A stretch of DNA of 64,000 nucleotides from Hormiphora californensis (GCA_020137815.1 CM035361.1:5766001-5830000), one strand, 5' to 3'. Shown: positions 49,301 through 62,986, counted from the stretch's first letter. Notes: a model not told the origin generated them from the sequence alone. Translations and numbers: made by a program.

Positions 49301-52300
49301 CCACCACTTTACGGCACTGCATCAGGATATTTTTGCTTTTTTTATTTGTTTGTTTACGTGCTCGTTCCAGTTTAGTTTGTTGTCAAGGGTAATCCCTAGA
49401 AACTTCGTGGATTCGGACACTTTGATAGGGTTACCCTGAATTTTGATCGGGTTTCTAATTTCACACTTTTTCGATGGGTGAATATGACTACATGCGATTT
49501 CAGGGCACTTAGTTTGAGCCCTACTGTCTTACACCAGGTGTTTATGGAATAAGCCCCTTCTGGGTCGCGTCCCTTAGAGGGAGTATTCCGCAGAGGGTCC
49601 ATTTCTTCCGAGGGCATTGTGGTTGAACTATATGACATAAGTCTCCGCAAAGCCCTGTAGTTCACCTGGTATATTCTTTTTGCTATGGTTTAGTAGATCG
49701 TCCATTACCAGGTTCCATAGGAACGGGAAAGTATTCCTCCCTGGGGACAACCCGGTGGCTCTTATAGTAAGGGACTCTTCCATTGGTTCGTGGTTATTTC
49801 GCGGTTTGAGATCATGTAGGTGATCCAGACCGCTGTTCTTTTGTCGCGTAGCTTTGCATGAAGGGCTCTTTCCATAGCTTGGAATGCCACATTATCGAAG
49901 GCTCCTCGATGTCCAAGAACTTACCCAGGGCAATGCCCTTGTGCATGAGGGTGCCTTCGAGTTTGCGTACTACTTATGGAGGGCTGTTTCTGTTGAAACG
50001 CCTCTTCTAAATCCATATTGGGACTTTTTAATTTTTTGTGTACTTTTTGGTCTACCTCAATGTGCCATAGAATTAACCGTTCCATGAGTTTGTGGAGGTT
50101 TGACGCAAGGGTTATTGTTCGTATGATTTAGGCATACGATAGTCATCCTTTCTGGCTTGGGCAGGTAGATGGCTTCTGCTTCCTGCCAGGATTTGGGGGT
50201 TACCCCTAGATGTACGATGCCTTAGCTATCTTTGCAAATGGTTCAGCAATAATGTCTGCTACTTTTTGCATCATGATGGGCCTGATGCCATCCGGCCCTG
50301 CAGCTGTTAAGGGTTTAAATTCCCTCAGCGCCTTGATGAACGTGTTTTCGAGAATGTTTTTTCATCAGACCACTCCCCTTCTGGGCTTCAGTTTTGTCCT
50401 TGAGGGAGGGTCTAGTTGAGTGGTCCTCGCCAAAGTGAACCTCTGCCATTATATGGAGGGTTTTCTTTAGGGGACTGTGATAGTTCACCATTTGCGTCAA
50501 AGATACAGCTGAGATTATAATCTTTAACTGTTCTTGAGCACTTGGCTAACCTTCTGGGCATCTGAATATGCATCGAGATCTTCAGCCCAATTTCAGTTTT
50601 TAAATTTAGACTGTGTTTTGTGTTTGTGTATTTGTTTCGAGCTGCTTTTGCTGAGTCCCAGTCCTGATGCACTCGTGGTCTGGGCGTGTCAGTTTATCAA
50701 ACATTTCTTCCCTAGCTCGCCTTGACCTCCCCACTGAGCCACGGGGGGTCTTGGAGTGGGCGGAAACGTATGTTTTTGGGGTACACTTGTAGTATGCCCA
50801 CACATCAGTTCTATTATTTTTCGTTGGCTGTTTCAAGTTCTTCGGCATTTGATATTACCATTTCTGTCAGTCCTGTTTCTTCTAGGCCCTTTTCCACAAG
50901 TTGTCTATATAGGGCCCAGTTTGTTTTCTTAAATTGTAGAATGAGCGGATCTTGCTACCGTCCATGTCCCTCAACACAAATGTGATGGGTACGTGGTCGG
51001 ATCTGCATTTTCCTTCTACTGTCTGCCAGTCTTGTATCATGTCCTGCATGGTTGTTGGTCATGGTAAGATCTAGCACATTTTTTCTTGTTCCATTGTCGA
51101 AAGTGTGGGGGCAATTCACGTTCGATACATGCAGATCAAGATCTACAATGGCATCTAATAGTGCATCTCCCCTTTTCTTCCCAATAGGATCTTTACCAGT
51201 GCCCCCCAACTAGTGTTGTGGGCGTTGGTATCAGATCCAATTACTAGTTTCAGGTTATTTCTTTTTGTGGTGGGCTGCCAACTCTCCTAGTAATTTAGGA
51301 GGGCATTCTAGCTCTCTGTCCATGTACATTGAGCATAAATGACTGATTTGGTGCCCAGTTTGACAAGGATAGTGACTGTGTCCCTGTCAGTGAATTTGTC
51401 AAGGAGAATACGTTCCTCCCTAGGTTACATTGATTAAGATGCTCGCACGTGGTCTCTAGCCCTTTTGTCATATAGGGCAGAGAATCCTCCGCTGGCTCTA
51501 ACTTTAGATGTTTTCCCTATAATAGTGGTTCTTGGGCTAGGATAATTTGTGATCGTGTTTGGTTACGGTGATTATGTCATCCCATGCTTCATGACTTTAT
51601 GGAGGTTAATTTGTGTTACTCTGATGTTTTTACTTATTTTCTTGGCTGCTGAGGGTCCTGGAGGCGGCCCTAGACTTTGCTGCCCCTCCTTCTGGGGTGG
51701 GGGCGGCAGATTGTCTTGGGCTCCGCGGGCAGTGTTGGACCTCCCTGTCCCTTCCTTTCGGAGGGTCATTTGGATTCCACCTCACTATTCGGGGCTGCGA
51801 TTTGACTCTTCTGCCCTTCCCTGTCGCTACACTGCCCAATCTCCATCATTTAGAAGGTCAGCTTCTCTTACGGGCGATAGTCCCGTTTTACAGGGGCTGG
51901 TGCCCTCATGTAATGGAGGGTGCTCCCCGGATAGAGGGTGCTCCCTGAAGGGCCCTCCTGGGATGGGGGCCCTGTGCGGAGTTGCTGAGAGTCCTCTAGC
52001 TATTTGGGGGAGATAAGGGTAGTGAGAGTCCTCACTTAGATGGTTTGTGAAGGTAATATAATTCTCCTATAGCATGGGATTATGGCGGGTCAGTAATGAT
52101 ATGCCCCGTTGTTTTAAAAGGGAAAGAAGAGACGCCTCGTGACCACGGAATTAAGGCCCCGTGGCCTGGGGTCGGCGAATTACACACCTTATTGGCCTAT
52201 ATATTGGTTCTTTAGTTAGGTTATGTAAGGTCGGGAGCAAGGGTAGCCCTTTTGATTTGGGCATCCCTGTAGTTGCCCCGTCCCAAAACTTGGCTCTGGT

Positions 52301-52723
52301 AGTTACAGGGGAACGTAAAAGAGCCCCTGGGTATAATATAATGAAGTGTTTAACTCCGGCTCTGCTGGTTTTCTACCTTGTACCTGGGTGAATTTATTAG
52401 TAGTTTGGAATTTTTGAATCTTGATTAAGGGGTTGGGTTAGTCCATGTTAGATGGAGAGACCCATTACAGGGGGTGTGTGGTTTGTCCCCTGGGTATGCT
52501 CTCCAGAGATGGAGTCTTTAGACACTATCGCTAGCTACATCCCTTTTAGTAGGGTTGTGCTAGACGTTAGCCCCGGCCCGCACTCCATCAGGCGTAGGAA
52601 GGAATCTCACCCCTCCTCGTGTGTCTATAATGCGTCTATAATGCGTTTATAATGCGTTTATAATGCGTCTATAGTTCGTGGGTAATGCGTCTATAGTGCG
52701 ATGCCCGCAAATGCAAAATTGCC
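46389..52723. mobile_element. Second copy of the TATAGACGCA Mutator/Foldback-like element, right arm interrupted by a LINE
   Basis: 9-bp TSD GTTCCCTTG at 46380-46388 and 52724-52732; homologous to 28538-30104. Confidence 0.9.
47826..52617 (-). mobile_element. Near full-length decayed non-LTR retrotransposon, APE endonuclease-RT-RNase H (I/R1/LOA-group-like)
   Basis: 9-bp TSD CGTGTGTCT (47817-47825, 52618-52626); (GAA)n tail; IRVTQINLHK, DTNAH, PHTFDNG..LDLT, AGPDGI, LDIEG.FD, GCPQG, HTDGSK, WIPAHQGYDGNE; many frameshifts. Confidence 0.92.
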
Positions 52724-53147
52724 GTTCCCTTGTGTGTAATAGGTGTAGAAGTGTATTTTTGTGTAGTTTTGCTTAGTTCATACCTTGTTTTGTCACATCT
52801 ATTGCCGGGCGCAATGATTTAAGTAGTAGGGACGAATCTCTTATAAAAAGAAGTGGCTGACTCACTATTTGGTGGAAAGCAAATTCCGGTTGTAACCCAC
52901 CTATTTTGACCCGCTGAACACGATCCCGTTAAACGGCAAGGTAACGCAATTACCCCTATACCTTGCGGGCACGCTAAAACTTGCCTTACTACCGCAATGC
53001 CCTATTATAGTTAGAGGGGTAATTTCGTTACCAAGGGGTGGCTCTGAATTGTGTAATTTACATTTGAAAAGTGTCTTACCAAAACGTTTCTTAAAAACGA
53101 GAGTAAGGTAGTAAGCTACTGTGGATACTATATTTATTGTATTTCAG

Positions 53148-56100
53148 ACTGGACAGCTGTAGGACGGGAAGTGACTGTGAAGATACCCTGGGACCTGGAG
53201 GCAACACCTCTCGTGATAAAGACGGACTCTGCACTGGGTAGTAAAGAACAGATCAGTGTGTTTATGTACAACAAGGACATCAGCTGGATCGGTGGTGTGA
53301 GTGTCCAGTTCTTATCCCCCTCAATGTATTATTTTATAAGCTCCTGTACCAGCTGGACAAAGCTGCCAGTGCAACCCCCGGTGGAGGTGGATAAGATCTG
53401 GACAATCACCAAAACAGAGACCACCTGGATTATCACATGTAACAATGTGGAGGTGCTGAACTACCTGTTCGCAGATAGTTCAGAGAGCAACTGTGTTCCA
53501 AAGTGGAGTGGTGATGTTGTGGAGCAGATCAGCTTTAGCAGTAGTACTGACACAGCATCTGATTTCTACAGAGCAGGTAATTGGGTGAACAATTGGACGT
53601 CAATCAATATTACCCAATGCTACTTTGGCTCCAATGCAACCTATTCTCGCTCCGCGAAGAATAGGCTCCCGGCCCGTGGACAGCAAGAACTCACGTGCGC
53701 GCGATGTAAAGCACGTTTTTCAGCAAATCCCGCGCGACAGACTGTTTTGGGGAGACCTTTTTAGCTGACCTAGCACTACTCAAACGTCAATTACCGCCTC
53801 ATTTCGCATCTTGTGAATCGGCGGTATTTTCCCTCTCACAGGGCCATGACGATTCTCCCAGTACCGCCAGATTGTCCCAGGACCGGTAGGAGCTTGCAGC
53901 CAGGTCTTTAAAGAATTGCCCATGTTTAGAGTCACTTTTGACCCACTATCCTCAAATGCTGATACTCGCGGGTATTTTCCGTAAAACTAGAGACAATTAC
54001 CTGCCAGGGCAAAAACGAGATGTAAATCGGTTCAGTAGTTCCTGCAGCCAGGTCTTTGAAAAAGTTTGCTCTAAAATCAAACGGGCCGGAGGCCTAGATG
54101 TGAGATCGATCTCGGTCGCTGCGCGACCTCGATCTCACTCAGGCATCAATGTGGCCAAAATGCTACTATTCAATACTATAATACCTATAGCCATTAATAA
54201 TGCTTTCTCAGTATTGTAAAGACTACAAATACAAATAAAACTCTTGATGATACTACCAGATTGCTCTTTGGTGTAAGGGTCAGCACACATGTCTACGCCA
54301 AAATCAAAATTAAGACTTTGATTTTGGAGCCGTTGGATGACAAAATGATTTTGTCATCCAACGCGACCGTAAAAATCGCGCGCGAGATTGTTACTCTGAG
54401 AATGGGGAAGAGATAATTTTTATCAGCGCTGGTACGTGTGTCTGGCTCCAAAATCAAAATTTTAATTTTGATTTTGGCGTAGGTGTGTGCTAACCCAGAT
54501 ATACATATTTGCATTTTGTATTTTTAGTGGTTAATGTATATACTACAAATTGCTTTTCAGACTGGACAGCTCCAGAGCGGGATTTGAAAATGCCCTGGGA
54601 CCTGGAGGCAACACCTCTCCAGATAAAGACGGACTCTACTCTGAGCAGTGGTGAGAAGATCTCTGTGAAGGTGTTCAACAAGTACATCAGCTGGATCGGT
54701 AATGTGGGTGTGACGTTCTCCTCCCCAATGCAGTATTCGATAAGCTACTGCACCACCACCTGGACAGACCTGCCAGTGCAACCCCCGGTGGAGGTGGATA
54801 AGATCTGGACTATCACCAAAACCGAGACCACCCTCATCATCACATGTAACAATGTGGAGGTGGTAAACTACCTGTTCACAGATGGTTCAGATAGCCGCTG
54901 TGTTACAAGGTGGAGTGGTGATGTTTCGGAGAAGATCGTATTTTCTAGTTATGACACAGCTTCCAACTTCTACAGAGCGGGTAAGAATATAAATTTAATT
55001 CTTACCGATCATAACACTATAATAACTATAAGTCTTATAGTACAGTCGGACCCCGATTTAACGGTATCCTCGGGGGAAATGGTTTTGTCCGTTAAATCAG
55101 GGTGTCCGCTAAATTGGGGTCAAATACGAGTACCAAATCCCTCAGTACCTAATCAGCACAGGGTGTCTAATTGTGGGGTCCCTGCCGCCCCCGATTACAC
55201 CATCTTGGTCAAAGGTATTGTTTCCATTCGACATGCTTCCAACTAAATACTATACCGTATACCAGTGTGGTGAGAGTGTATTTAGATAGTGTGAAGTGAG
55301 GGTGAGTGGTGATGGTCTCAGGTTTTGTTCTAGAAATGTACTATCAAAACACAAGATATACCAAAGTGGTAAGTAATTTTTGTATTGTAATTCTGAGCCA
55401 CTCCGGGTTCCTCCTGGCCGCTATTTGATTTGATTTGAAACTAATTTGCAATATATACAGGAAAAGTAGCACACATAAAAATATAAATATATATAAGTCC
55501 CTGTATATAGAGCAGATTAGAGGCAGGTCTAAATAGACGCTTACGCCGCAGAATCATACTAAATCAATCTATAGGGTAATGTAGATAATAAATTAGGTAA
55601 TATTAAATATTATACGTCGCAGACTGGCGTTATCAAAACGTGAGCAGGGGCTTGCAACTCCGTCAACTTGGCGTCGTGGTCCCCTATCGGCTTATCACTA
55701 TCTTCTTCTTCTTCTTCTTCTTCGTAGAGGCTGTCTCTGCTTATCACTATCAGTGCAGGTGTGCGGTGAAGGAAACTTGCTCCGTATAATCTCTCCAATT
55801 CTTCTTCTTGATATAGGTTATTTGCATGGGCCAGAACAGTCTCTTTATCTCCGAATCTGGAACTCTTAATAAAGTGAAATAAACCACATCGGCTTGTGGA
55901 GCTCCTCTGCAAAACCGTTATCGTGGTCCTTACCGAATTACCAAACCGGAGCATGTCCGAACATACTGTTACAATTATGGGGCGTGCTATCCCCTACCTT
56001 AATATGAGCCATGGTAATTTGCCCTTTCACATAAATACAACCAGGGTTTATATATATCACATCACTCCAAGTGATAACTAAAACCCTGAATCTATAACAT

Positions 56101-59100
56101 ACTATTACTATCATAGGGGGCACATATCCAGTGCCCCCGCATCCACCTCTCCTCCAAGGAAGTTTCCAAAGAGAAATAGCTTCAGCCCGAGTATCCATTT
56201 TCTCGCCAACCATTACCAAAACCATTTCGGTATTTCCACTCCGTTGGATATATGACAGGCTAGGGGGCACATAATAGTGACCCCGCATCCACCCCTCTCC
56301 CAAGGAAGTTTGTAAAAATAATTAACGCCTGTTCGAGAGTTCATTTTCTCGGTCCAATCATTACCAATCTAGCTTGGTAGTTTCAACTCCATTCACATGG
56401 AGTAATATTTCCCCATTTTTTGTCACTAATCTGTCGAAACTTTGGCCTGACCCTTTCTCATTTCTTCTAAAACCGTGGCCCACTTGGCCGGACAACTGGC
56501 GATCAATGATCGCCCAGTAGTTAATTTCAATACTACCGCCCAGCCGAAGAGCTGTTGATTCACCGCATAGAATCTAGACTATTATGTGCTCTAATTACAG
56601 TCTTGAACTGTACACAAAACAATACCATCGATTATGTATTGACCGATATATTCGACTTTGAGTGTGGATCCAGGTACACAACGGATGGTTCTATTGGCTG
56701 CATAAACTACTCTTATTTGAGCATAAATTCTCATCCCATTTCACAATGTGGGTTCATTACCTATTAGCTATAAACTGCTCTCATTTGAGCACGATTACTC
56801 GCCACAATTACTCAACATATTGTATCGGTCTTCTTCAATACCCATGGGTTCCTGTCTGGCGGCGCCAGACCCCAATTTCACCATTATCGGCAAACTGCTC
56901 ATATTTGAGCATTATTCGTCTGCCTGCTTGTGGAGGGTTCATCCCTGCGCAGATTGAGCATACCAGCTTAGAAGCTAAGCTTGTCATTCCATAATAAATC
57001 ACAAGATAGGTCAGAGGTCTTGCTTAAATTAAACACACATCACACTTGATAAGCTGCTATGCATTCAAACTTATAAACTGGTTCATATTACCAGTACTCG
57101 CATTGCCCGGTAAATCGGGTCAAATACCGTAAATTTCCTATTTTGGGGGAAGTTTACCCTCCCGTAAATTGGGGTTCCGGTAAATCGGGGCCCGGTAAAA
57201 TTTGGGTCCGACTATAATAGTGGAATATCAGCCACTACCAGTACATTGATTATCAGTGGATATCCACTATCAGTACATTGAGTTATCGGTGGAATTATCC
57301 ACTAACAGTACATTGAGTTATCGGTGGAATTATCCCACATAAGTACATTGAGTTAGTGGACTATCTCCACTACTTCCACTACAGCGGAACTCACCACTAA
57401 CAGTATTCATTTACATTCACCAATAATAACACATCATATCAGATCATACTTACATAATACATATTATTATCCTATATATTCATGGGGAGGTCTTCTGGTA
57501 AAATCAAAGGAAAAGGTAGCATACACTGCTCAAATACCCAAGAAAGAACGCCAAAAGGAAGAGCAGATCCCAGCGGATCTCTCCTGGGTACCTTATGACA
57601 CACTTCCCCTACAATTTCCCAGGTGCCCTGTTCGCTAGTTATTCACTGCACACCATACAACTACCTGTATTCACTTATTAATTCACTGCACTCAATACAA
57701 TTACATGCATTCACTTACAAACATTGAACAGGGCCATGGCCATACTTAATTACATTTCAATATTCCGGTGGAAAATACCTCCACCTCGGTGGGAAAACAC
57801 CCCCACCCAGGCAATGCCTAACAAAATCTATTTACCTCCCCCAACAGTGCAGACTTTTCTTACCTTATTCGTTGTACTAGTATATCTCATATCATATCCG
57901 GTGGTTGAATACTGTGCCGTCAACTGTGCTTCCATCACCCCTTGTCCCCGACTTTTCCCCAAGCCATCATTATCTCTTCTGTCTGGTGATCGTACTCCTC
58001 TCCAATGATTCCAATGAGTGGGTTATGAATATGGGTCACTCCCATCCCACCGTGTCAATTACACCTTTCACCCGTTCCGGGTTTAAATCATCCTACTCTG
58101 AACAGTAATAGTGGGCATACAGAGCCCAATTTCATAGCCTTTAGTAGTTCAACTTCTACCTGATATTAGTCACTTGTCATTACACAAGACAACAATCCAA
58201 TCGTATTGACCGCGCTCAATGAATAGTATCCCGGCCGGTGGTCCACCAAACACGCCCTTACAGAATGATCAATGGTGATCAACAGTATACATCAATGTGT
58301 ATTACATCACTTCTTGACTTCCATCCAATATATGGAATACCTTCACATGATGATGAGAGGATGGTATCCTCTGCTTTCAAATTCAAAATAATATACAACA
58401 CCCCTCATAACTGGGGACCTGACTGAGCGAGGTATCATGTTTCCTCCCACATGTAAGAGACAAATCAGCAGGGGATTATTGGTCAGCCCCTGGATGTCAG
58501 CAACAACAAAATCTGCTTGTACCTCCACAGTATGTGGAGCTAGCCCGATACTCATTCGATCAAACTGTCGCACACAGTACACACTGCACAACTCATAGTA
58601 GTGCCCTATGCACTAATCAGATTCCATTCACAGGGGTCTCTACTAAAATTAGAGCCTTTATTCACTTATTATTCACCAAACCGTACCCGTGGATACTATA
58701 TTTCCACACGCAGTTAATAGACACAGGTGTGTAATATTTACGCTTCCACCTTCTGACTCCCAATGCTAATTGTGACAAGGACTCCCGCCGAGCCTTCCCC
58801 AACAATCCGAACACTCCCAACGTGGTGTTCGATCATTATCGTACTGCATGTTATTCTGATATTGGTAATCAGATCCGTTATTGGGGGTATATTCCTCAAA
58901 CTGTCGTGAAGGCCCAAATCGATTCATCTGTGAGATTCAGTTCTGAAAGCTGGGACTGCTACAGCTCCTCTCTTCTCTCTCAACAACTCTCCCCCGGATG
59001 GTTTTCCGGGCCTGATGCGAGATTTCAAGCGTTATTGCCTCCTCAGAGTCTATTAAATCATATTATTAATGTTCCGAATTAGCTGTATGCTAACCCTCAT

Positions 59101-62100
59101 CATTTATAATGCCCGCAGCTGAGCATCTTTCATTACCGAGTCCCTACTACTCCTTGCAATTGGATCCGTGTTAGGGAATCCAATGTTACCCAAATCTCGG
59201 AGTCTCTCTCCGAATTCATGCACTGATTCACCAGCTTTTTGGCTGGAATTTCGAATATCAAATCGTGCTTTTAATGCGTTATATCTAGAGCTATCCTCTA
59301 GAATTCTCCGAGCACCCTCCTTATCCAGCCCAGGACGACGTGTCCAGGTTCGATTCGACAATTCGTTCCTGCATTTTTGGTGGCAGTAGTACAAAACCCC
59401 CGATAATGGCTGCTTCACTCAGCCCAGGACATTAACAAGCCTCATAACCACAGAGAAACTGTCTTATAGTCATTTGTGCAGGTGAGTACACCAGCGGCTG
59501 TCTCATTCCCGCTGTCAATAAGCGAGTATCAAGTTCCTTGTTTCCTCCCAAGGCTCTCTGCAATTTCAACAGGGCTTTAATTCCCTGTTTATTCTCCTCC
59601 GGAAGATCTTGAAGGTTTTCCTTCCTGAGTAATTCCTCCAGCTTTCTTTCAAAAGCTGCTTCCGCTGTTTTCACCGCATCGGCGAAATTGCCTAACTCTA
59701 ACCCAGGTTCTATCCTGGTCCTATCAGCACCATTTGTGGGGTCCCTGCCGCCCCCGATTACACCATCTTGGTCAAAGGTATTGTTTCCATTCGACATGCT
59801 TCCAACTAAATACTATACCGTATACCAGTGTGGTGAGAGTGTATTTAGATAGTGTGAAGTGAGGGTGAGTGTGATGGTCTCAGGTTTTGTTCTAGAAATG
59901 TACTATCAAAAACCAAGATATACCAAAGTGGTAAGTAATTTTTGTATTGTAATTCGAGCCACTCCGGGTTCCTCCTGGCCGCTATTTATACGTCGCAGAC
60001 TGGCGTTATCAAAACGTGAGCAGGGGCTTGCAAACTCCGTCAACTTGGCGTCGTGGTCCCCTATCGGCTTATCACTATTCTCTTCTTCTTCTTCTTCTTC
60101 GTGAGGCTGTCTCTGCTATCTATCAGTGGCGGTGTCGGGAAGGAAACTTGCTCCGTATAATCTCTCCAATTCTTCTTCTTGATATAGGTTATTTGCATGG
60201 GCCAAACAGTCCTTTATCTCCGAAATCTGGAACTCTTAATAGTGAAATAAACCACATCGGCTTGTGGAGCTCCTCTGCAAAAACCGTTATCGGTGGTCTA
60301 AAACCGAATTACCAAACTCGGAGCTGTGTCCAACTACTGTTACAATTATGGGGCGTGCTATCCCCTACCTTAATATGAGCCATGTTAATTGCCCATTCAC
60401 ATAAATACAACCAGGTTTTTTATATATATCACATCACTCCAAGTGATAACTAAAACCCTGAATCTATAACATACTATTACTATCATAGGGGGCACATATC
60501 CAGTGACCCCGCATCCACCTCTCTCTCCAAGGAAGTTTCCAAAGAGAAATAGCTTCAGCCCGAGTATCCATTTTCTCGGCCCAACCATTACCAAAACCAT
60601 TTCGGTAGTTCCACTCCTGTTGGATATATGACAGGCTAGGGGGCACATAATAGTGACCCCGCATAATTACTGAGTGTCTAATTACTGAGTGTCTAATTAA
60701 GGAGGGGTCGGGCCCCCTGTAACACGACGATCGATGTTCGGTACTGCACTGTACAGTCACTGTAGTGCGTACTGAATGAGGGTCCAATGCTCTCCATAAC
60801 ATATCATCTGCAAATGAAATTACACCAATTGATAAGTTTTTCCCTTCAGAACCAGTCGAATGCCCTGCCTTTACTGTTGACGGATCAACACAAGGGAGTT
60901 GGGCTGCCTCACCAACAGGAACAACTGCCACTATCGAATGTGCTGCCAACCATATCCTAATGGGAAGTAAAACACTGACATGTCAGGAGGATGGATCGTG
61001 GTCAAGTGATGTACCACAGTGCAACAAAATTGGTAAGTTTATCAACAGATCCATGAACTTTTCATAAACTTAGGATATTTCTTTCTCGCTACGGCTTTCG
61101 AATTAAATGGTATTTTCTCGTTACGGTAATTGACTAGAAATCGAGCATCTTTCATGTCAGCCCTTAATGGTTGGCAATGCTGTCTCGGTATAGTAAAGAT
61201 TACCCAACACTATATGCAATAGTGACTACTACACATGGTGGTTAACACACCTATATTTTATCATTATGATTGTCCAATGTTAGCAGGGTGTCTTTGGTAA
61301 CACAATTACCCCTTGCGGGCACGTTAGAACGTGCCTTACTACCGCAATGCCCTATAGTTAGAGGGGTAATTTTGTTACCAAAACTATTCTTACCATTGGT
61401 AATTACCCCTCTAATAATACCAAGGGGTGGCTCTGAATTGTGTAATTTAGGGGAGTTGTACCCCAAATGGGATACCATTATGTTTTGTTCAATATCATCT
61501 CCCAGAAAAGAGCGAGATTAGATTTTTTCAATTCTATACTATGAAAAGAAGTCAATAAACTTACCCAAGACGATTTTATACTTCATTCACTAAAAGATGA
61601 TGAGATATTATAGTGCTATCCCATTTGTGGGCCAATTTATGAATTTTGAAAATTTTTTGGTCGAATGGGATAGTATAGCTGATGGCCAAAAGCCATAGAA
61701 CTTAATCCTGGAAACTTTACCGCAGACATTTACAATCCCAAGGATGCTAATGAAACATTTTCGAACAGCTGCTAATTTTATAACTATCTGTTTCTGTATT
61801 GCAAAATTTTGGCAGGACTGGATGTCATTTTCTAGCGTCAAATGGGATAGTCAGACATAGGAGAAGCTACAACGTGAATGAATCAGTGTTTAGTTAGAGA
61901 CATACCTTAATACTCCAGTAAAACCTATTCTTTTCACGGTTCAACTCATTTTTCTAAGTAGCCAGTTCACAATATGAACTTCCGGGGTATCCCATTTGAG
62001 GGAAATGAAAGTGTCCCATTTGGGGGAAATGTTGGGTCAAGAAAATTAAGTCAAGTTAAGTCAAAGCATTATTGTAGAGTAGTATAGAGAGACTTTAACT

Positions 62101-62899
62101 TACTAAAAATTAGTTAATTAACCATTTCCGACAACTAAAACTATCCTTTAGCTTATAGGAGAAGCCTAAAAGGAAGTTATAAAGAGCTGATTATTCAAAA
62201 TTCATTTTTTTCGATGTACCTACCTCTATCAAACCCAGAATTTTCAGCAGAAATAGATACGCATTTGATAGGAATGGTTAGATGCCATGTCTATTGTATT
62301 CCCAATAAGTTAAATTTGTGCACGTAAGACGGTTCAGCCCAAACCTGTCTCATCCCATTTGACCTACTATCCCATTTGAGGTACATCTCCCCTACATTTG
62401 AAAAGTGTCTTGCCAAAACGTTTCTTAAAAAACGAGAGTAAGGTAGTTCACTGTGGATAGTATATTTATTGTTTTTCAGACTGGACAGCTGTAGAGGGGA
62501 ATGTGAAGATACCCTGGAACCTGGAGGCAACATCTCTCCAGATAAAGACGGACTCTACACTGGGCAGTGATGATAAGATCTATGTGAGGATATACGACAA
62601 GGACAGCAGCTGGATCGGTACTGTGGGTGTGTCGTTCTCCTCCACAATGCAGTATGGGATAAACTACTGCACCAACAGCTGGACATACCTGCCCGTACAA
62701 CCCCCGGTGGAGGTGAACAAGATTTGGACGATCACCAAAACAGAGACCGCCCTCATCATCACATGTAATAATGTGGAGGTGGTGAACTACCTGTTCGCAG
62801 ATAGTTCAAATAACAACTGTGTTACCAAGTTGGGTGGTGATGTTGCGGAGGAGATCGCATTTATCAGTACTGACACAGCATCTGACTTCTACAGAGCAG
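53148..62899 (+). CDS. Modular, probably extracellular protein (partial): unassigned ~140-aa domain x2, sushi/CCP, unassigned domain; exons 53148-53576, 54561-54980, 60850-61032, 62480-62899
   Basis: Each exon bounded by TTCAG/GT, phase 1-1, lengths 429/420/183/420 nt; paralogous DWTA...PWDLEATPLQIKTDS...IWTITKTET..IITCNNVEV.NYLF...DTAS.FYRA. Confidence 0.85.
54277..54496. mobile_element. Small MITE (GGGTYAGCACACA TIR) in intron
   Basis: Imperfect inverted ends including CTACGCCAAAATCAAAATT; no clear TSD. Confidence 0.6.
55043..57213. mobile_element. CAGTCGGACCCCG MITE halves (55043-55127 and ~57110-57213) separated by retroelement-derived DNA
   Basis: Left TIR at 55043, right TIR GGGTCCGACT at ~57205. 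Confidence 0.65.
55171..60665 (-). mobile_element. Decayed Ty3/gypsy-like LTR retroelement sequence with ~930-bp direct repeat (55171-56288 vs 59734-60665)
   Basis: gag-like QKAGESVHEFGERLRDLG (59104-59797), degenerate protease-like ADFVVADI (~58420-58700), possible PBS TGGTATACGG after CACCACA at ~59826; no clear RT/integrase. Confidence 0.6.
60850..61032 (+). CDS. Sushi/CCP domain exon
   Basis: EPVECPAFTVDGS...TATIECAANHILMGSKTLTCQEDGSWSSDVPQC: four Cys plus conserved Trp. Confidence 0.9.
61450..62392. mobile_element. TA-flanked non-autonomous DNA transposon (GGGGAGWTGTACCYCAAATGGGATA TIR)
   Basis: 25-bp TIRs with 2 mismatches, TA both sides; paralogous empty site at ~53052-53066. Confidence 0.9.
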
Positions 62900-62916
62900 G
62901 TAAAGGTCTAAATATA

Positions 62917-62986
<70 letters not shown>

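Noticed and set aside
52500-52617. HDV-like ribozyme at the 5' end of the minus-strand LINE
   Set aside because: Could not assemble P1/P2/P3 in the required order
58700-58734. Plus-strand LIDTGV protease-like motif
   Set aside because: Opposite strand to gag and followed immediately by a stop; likely chance
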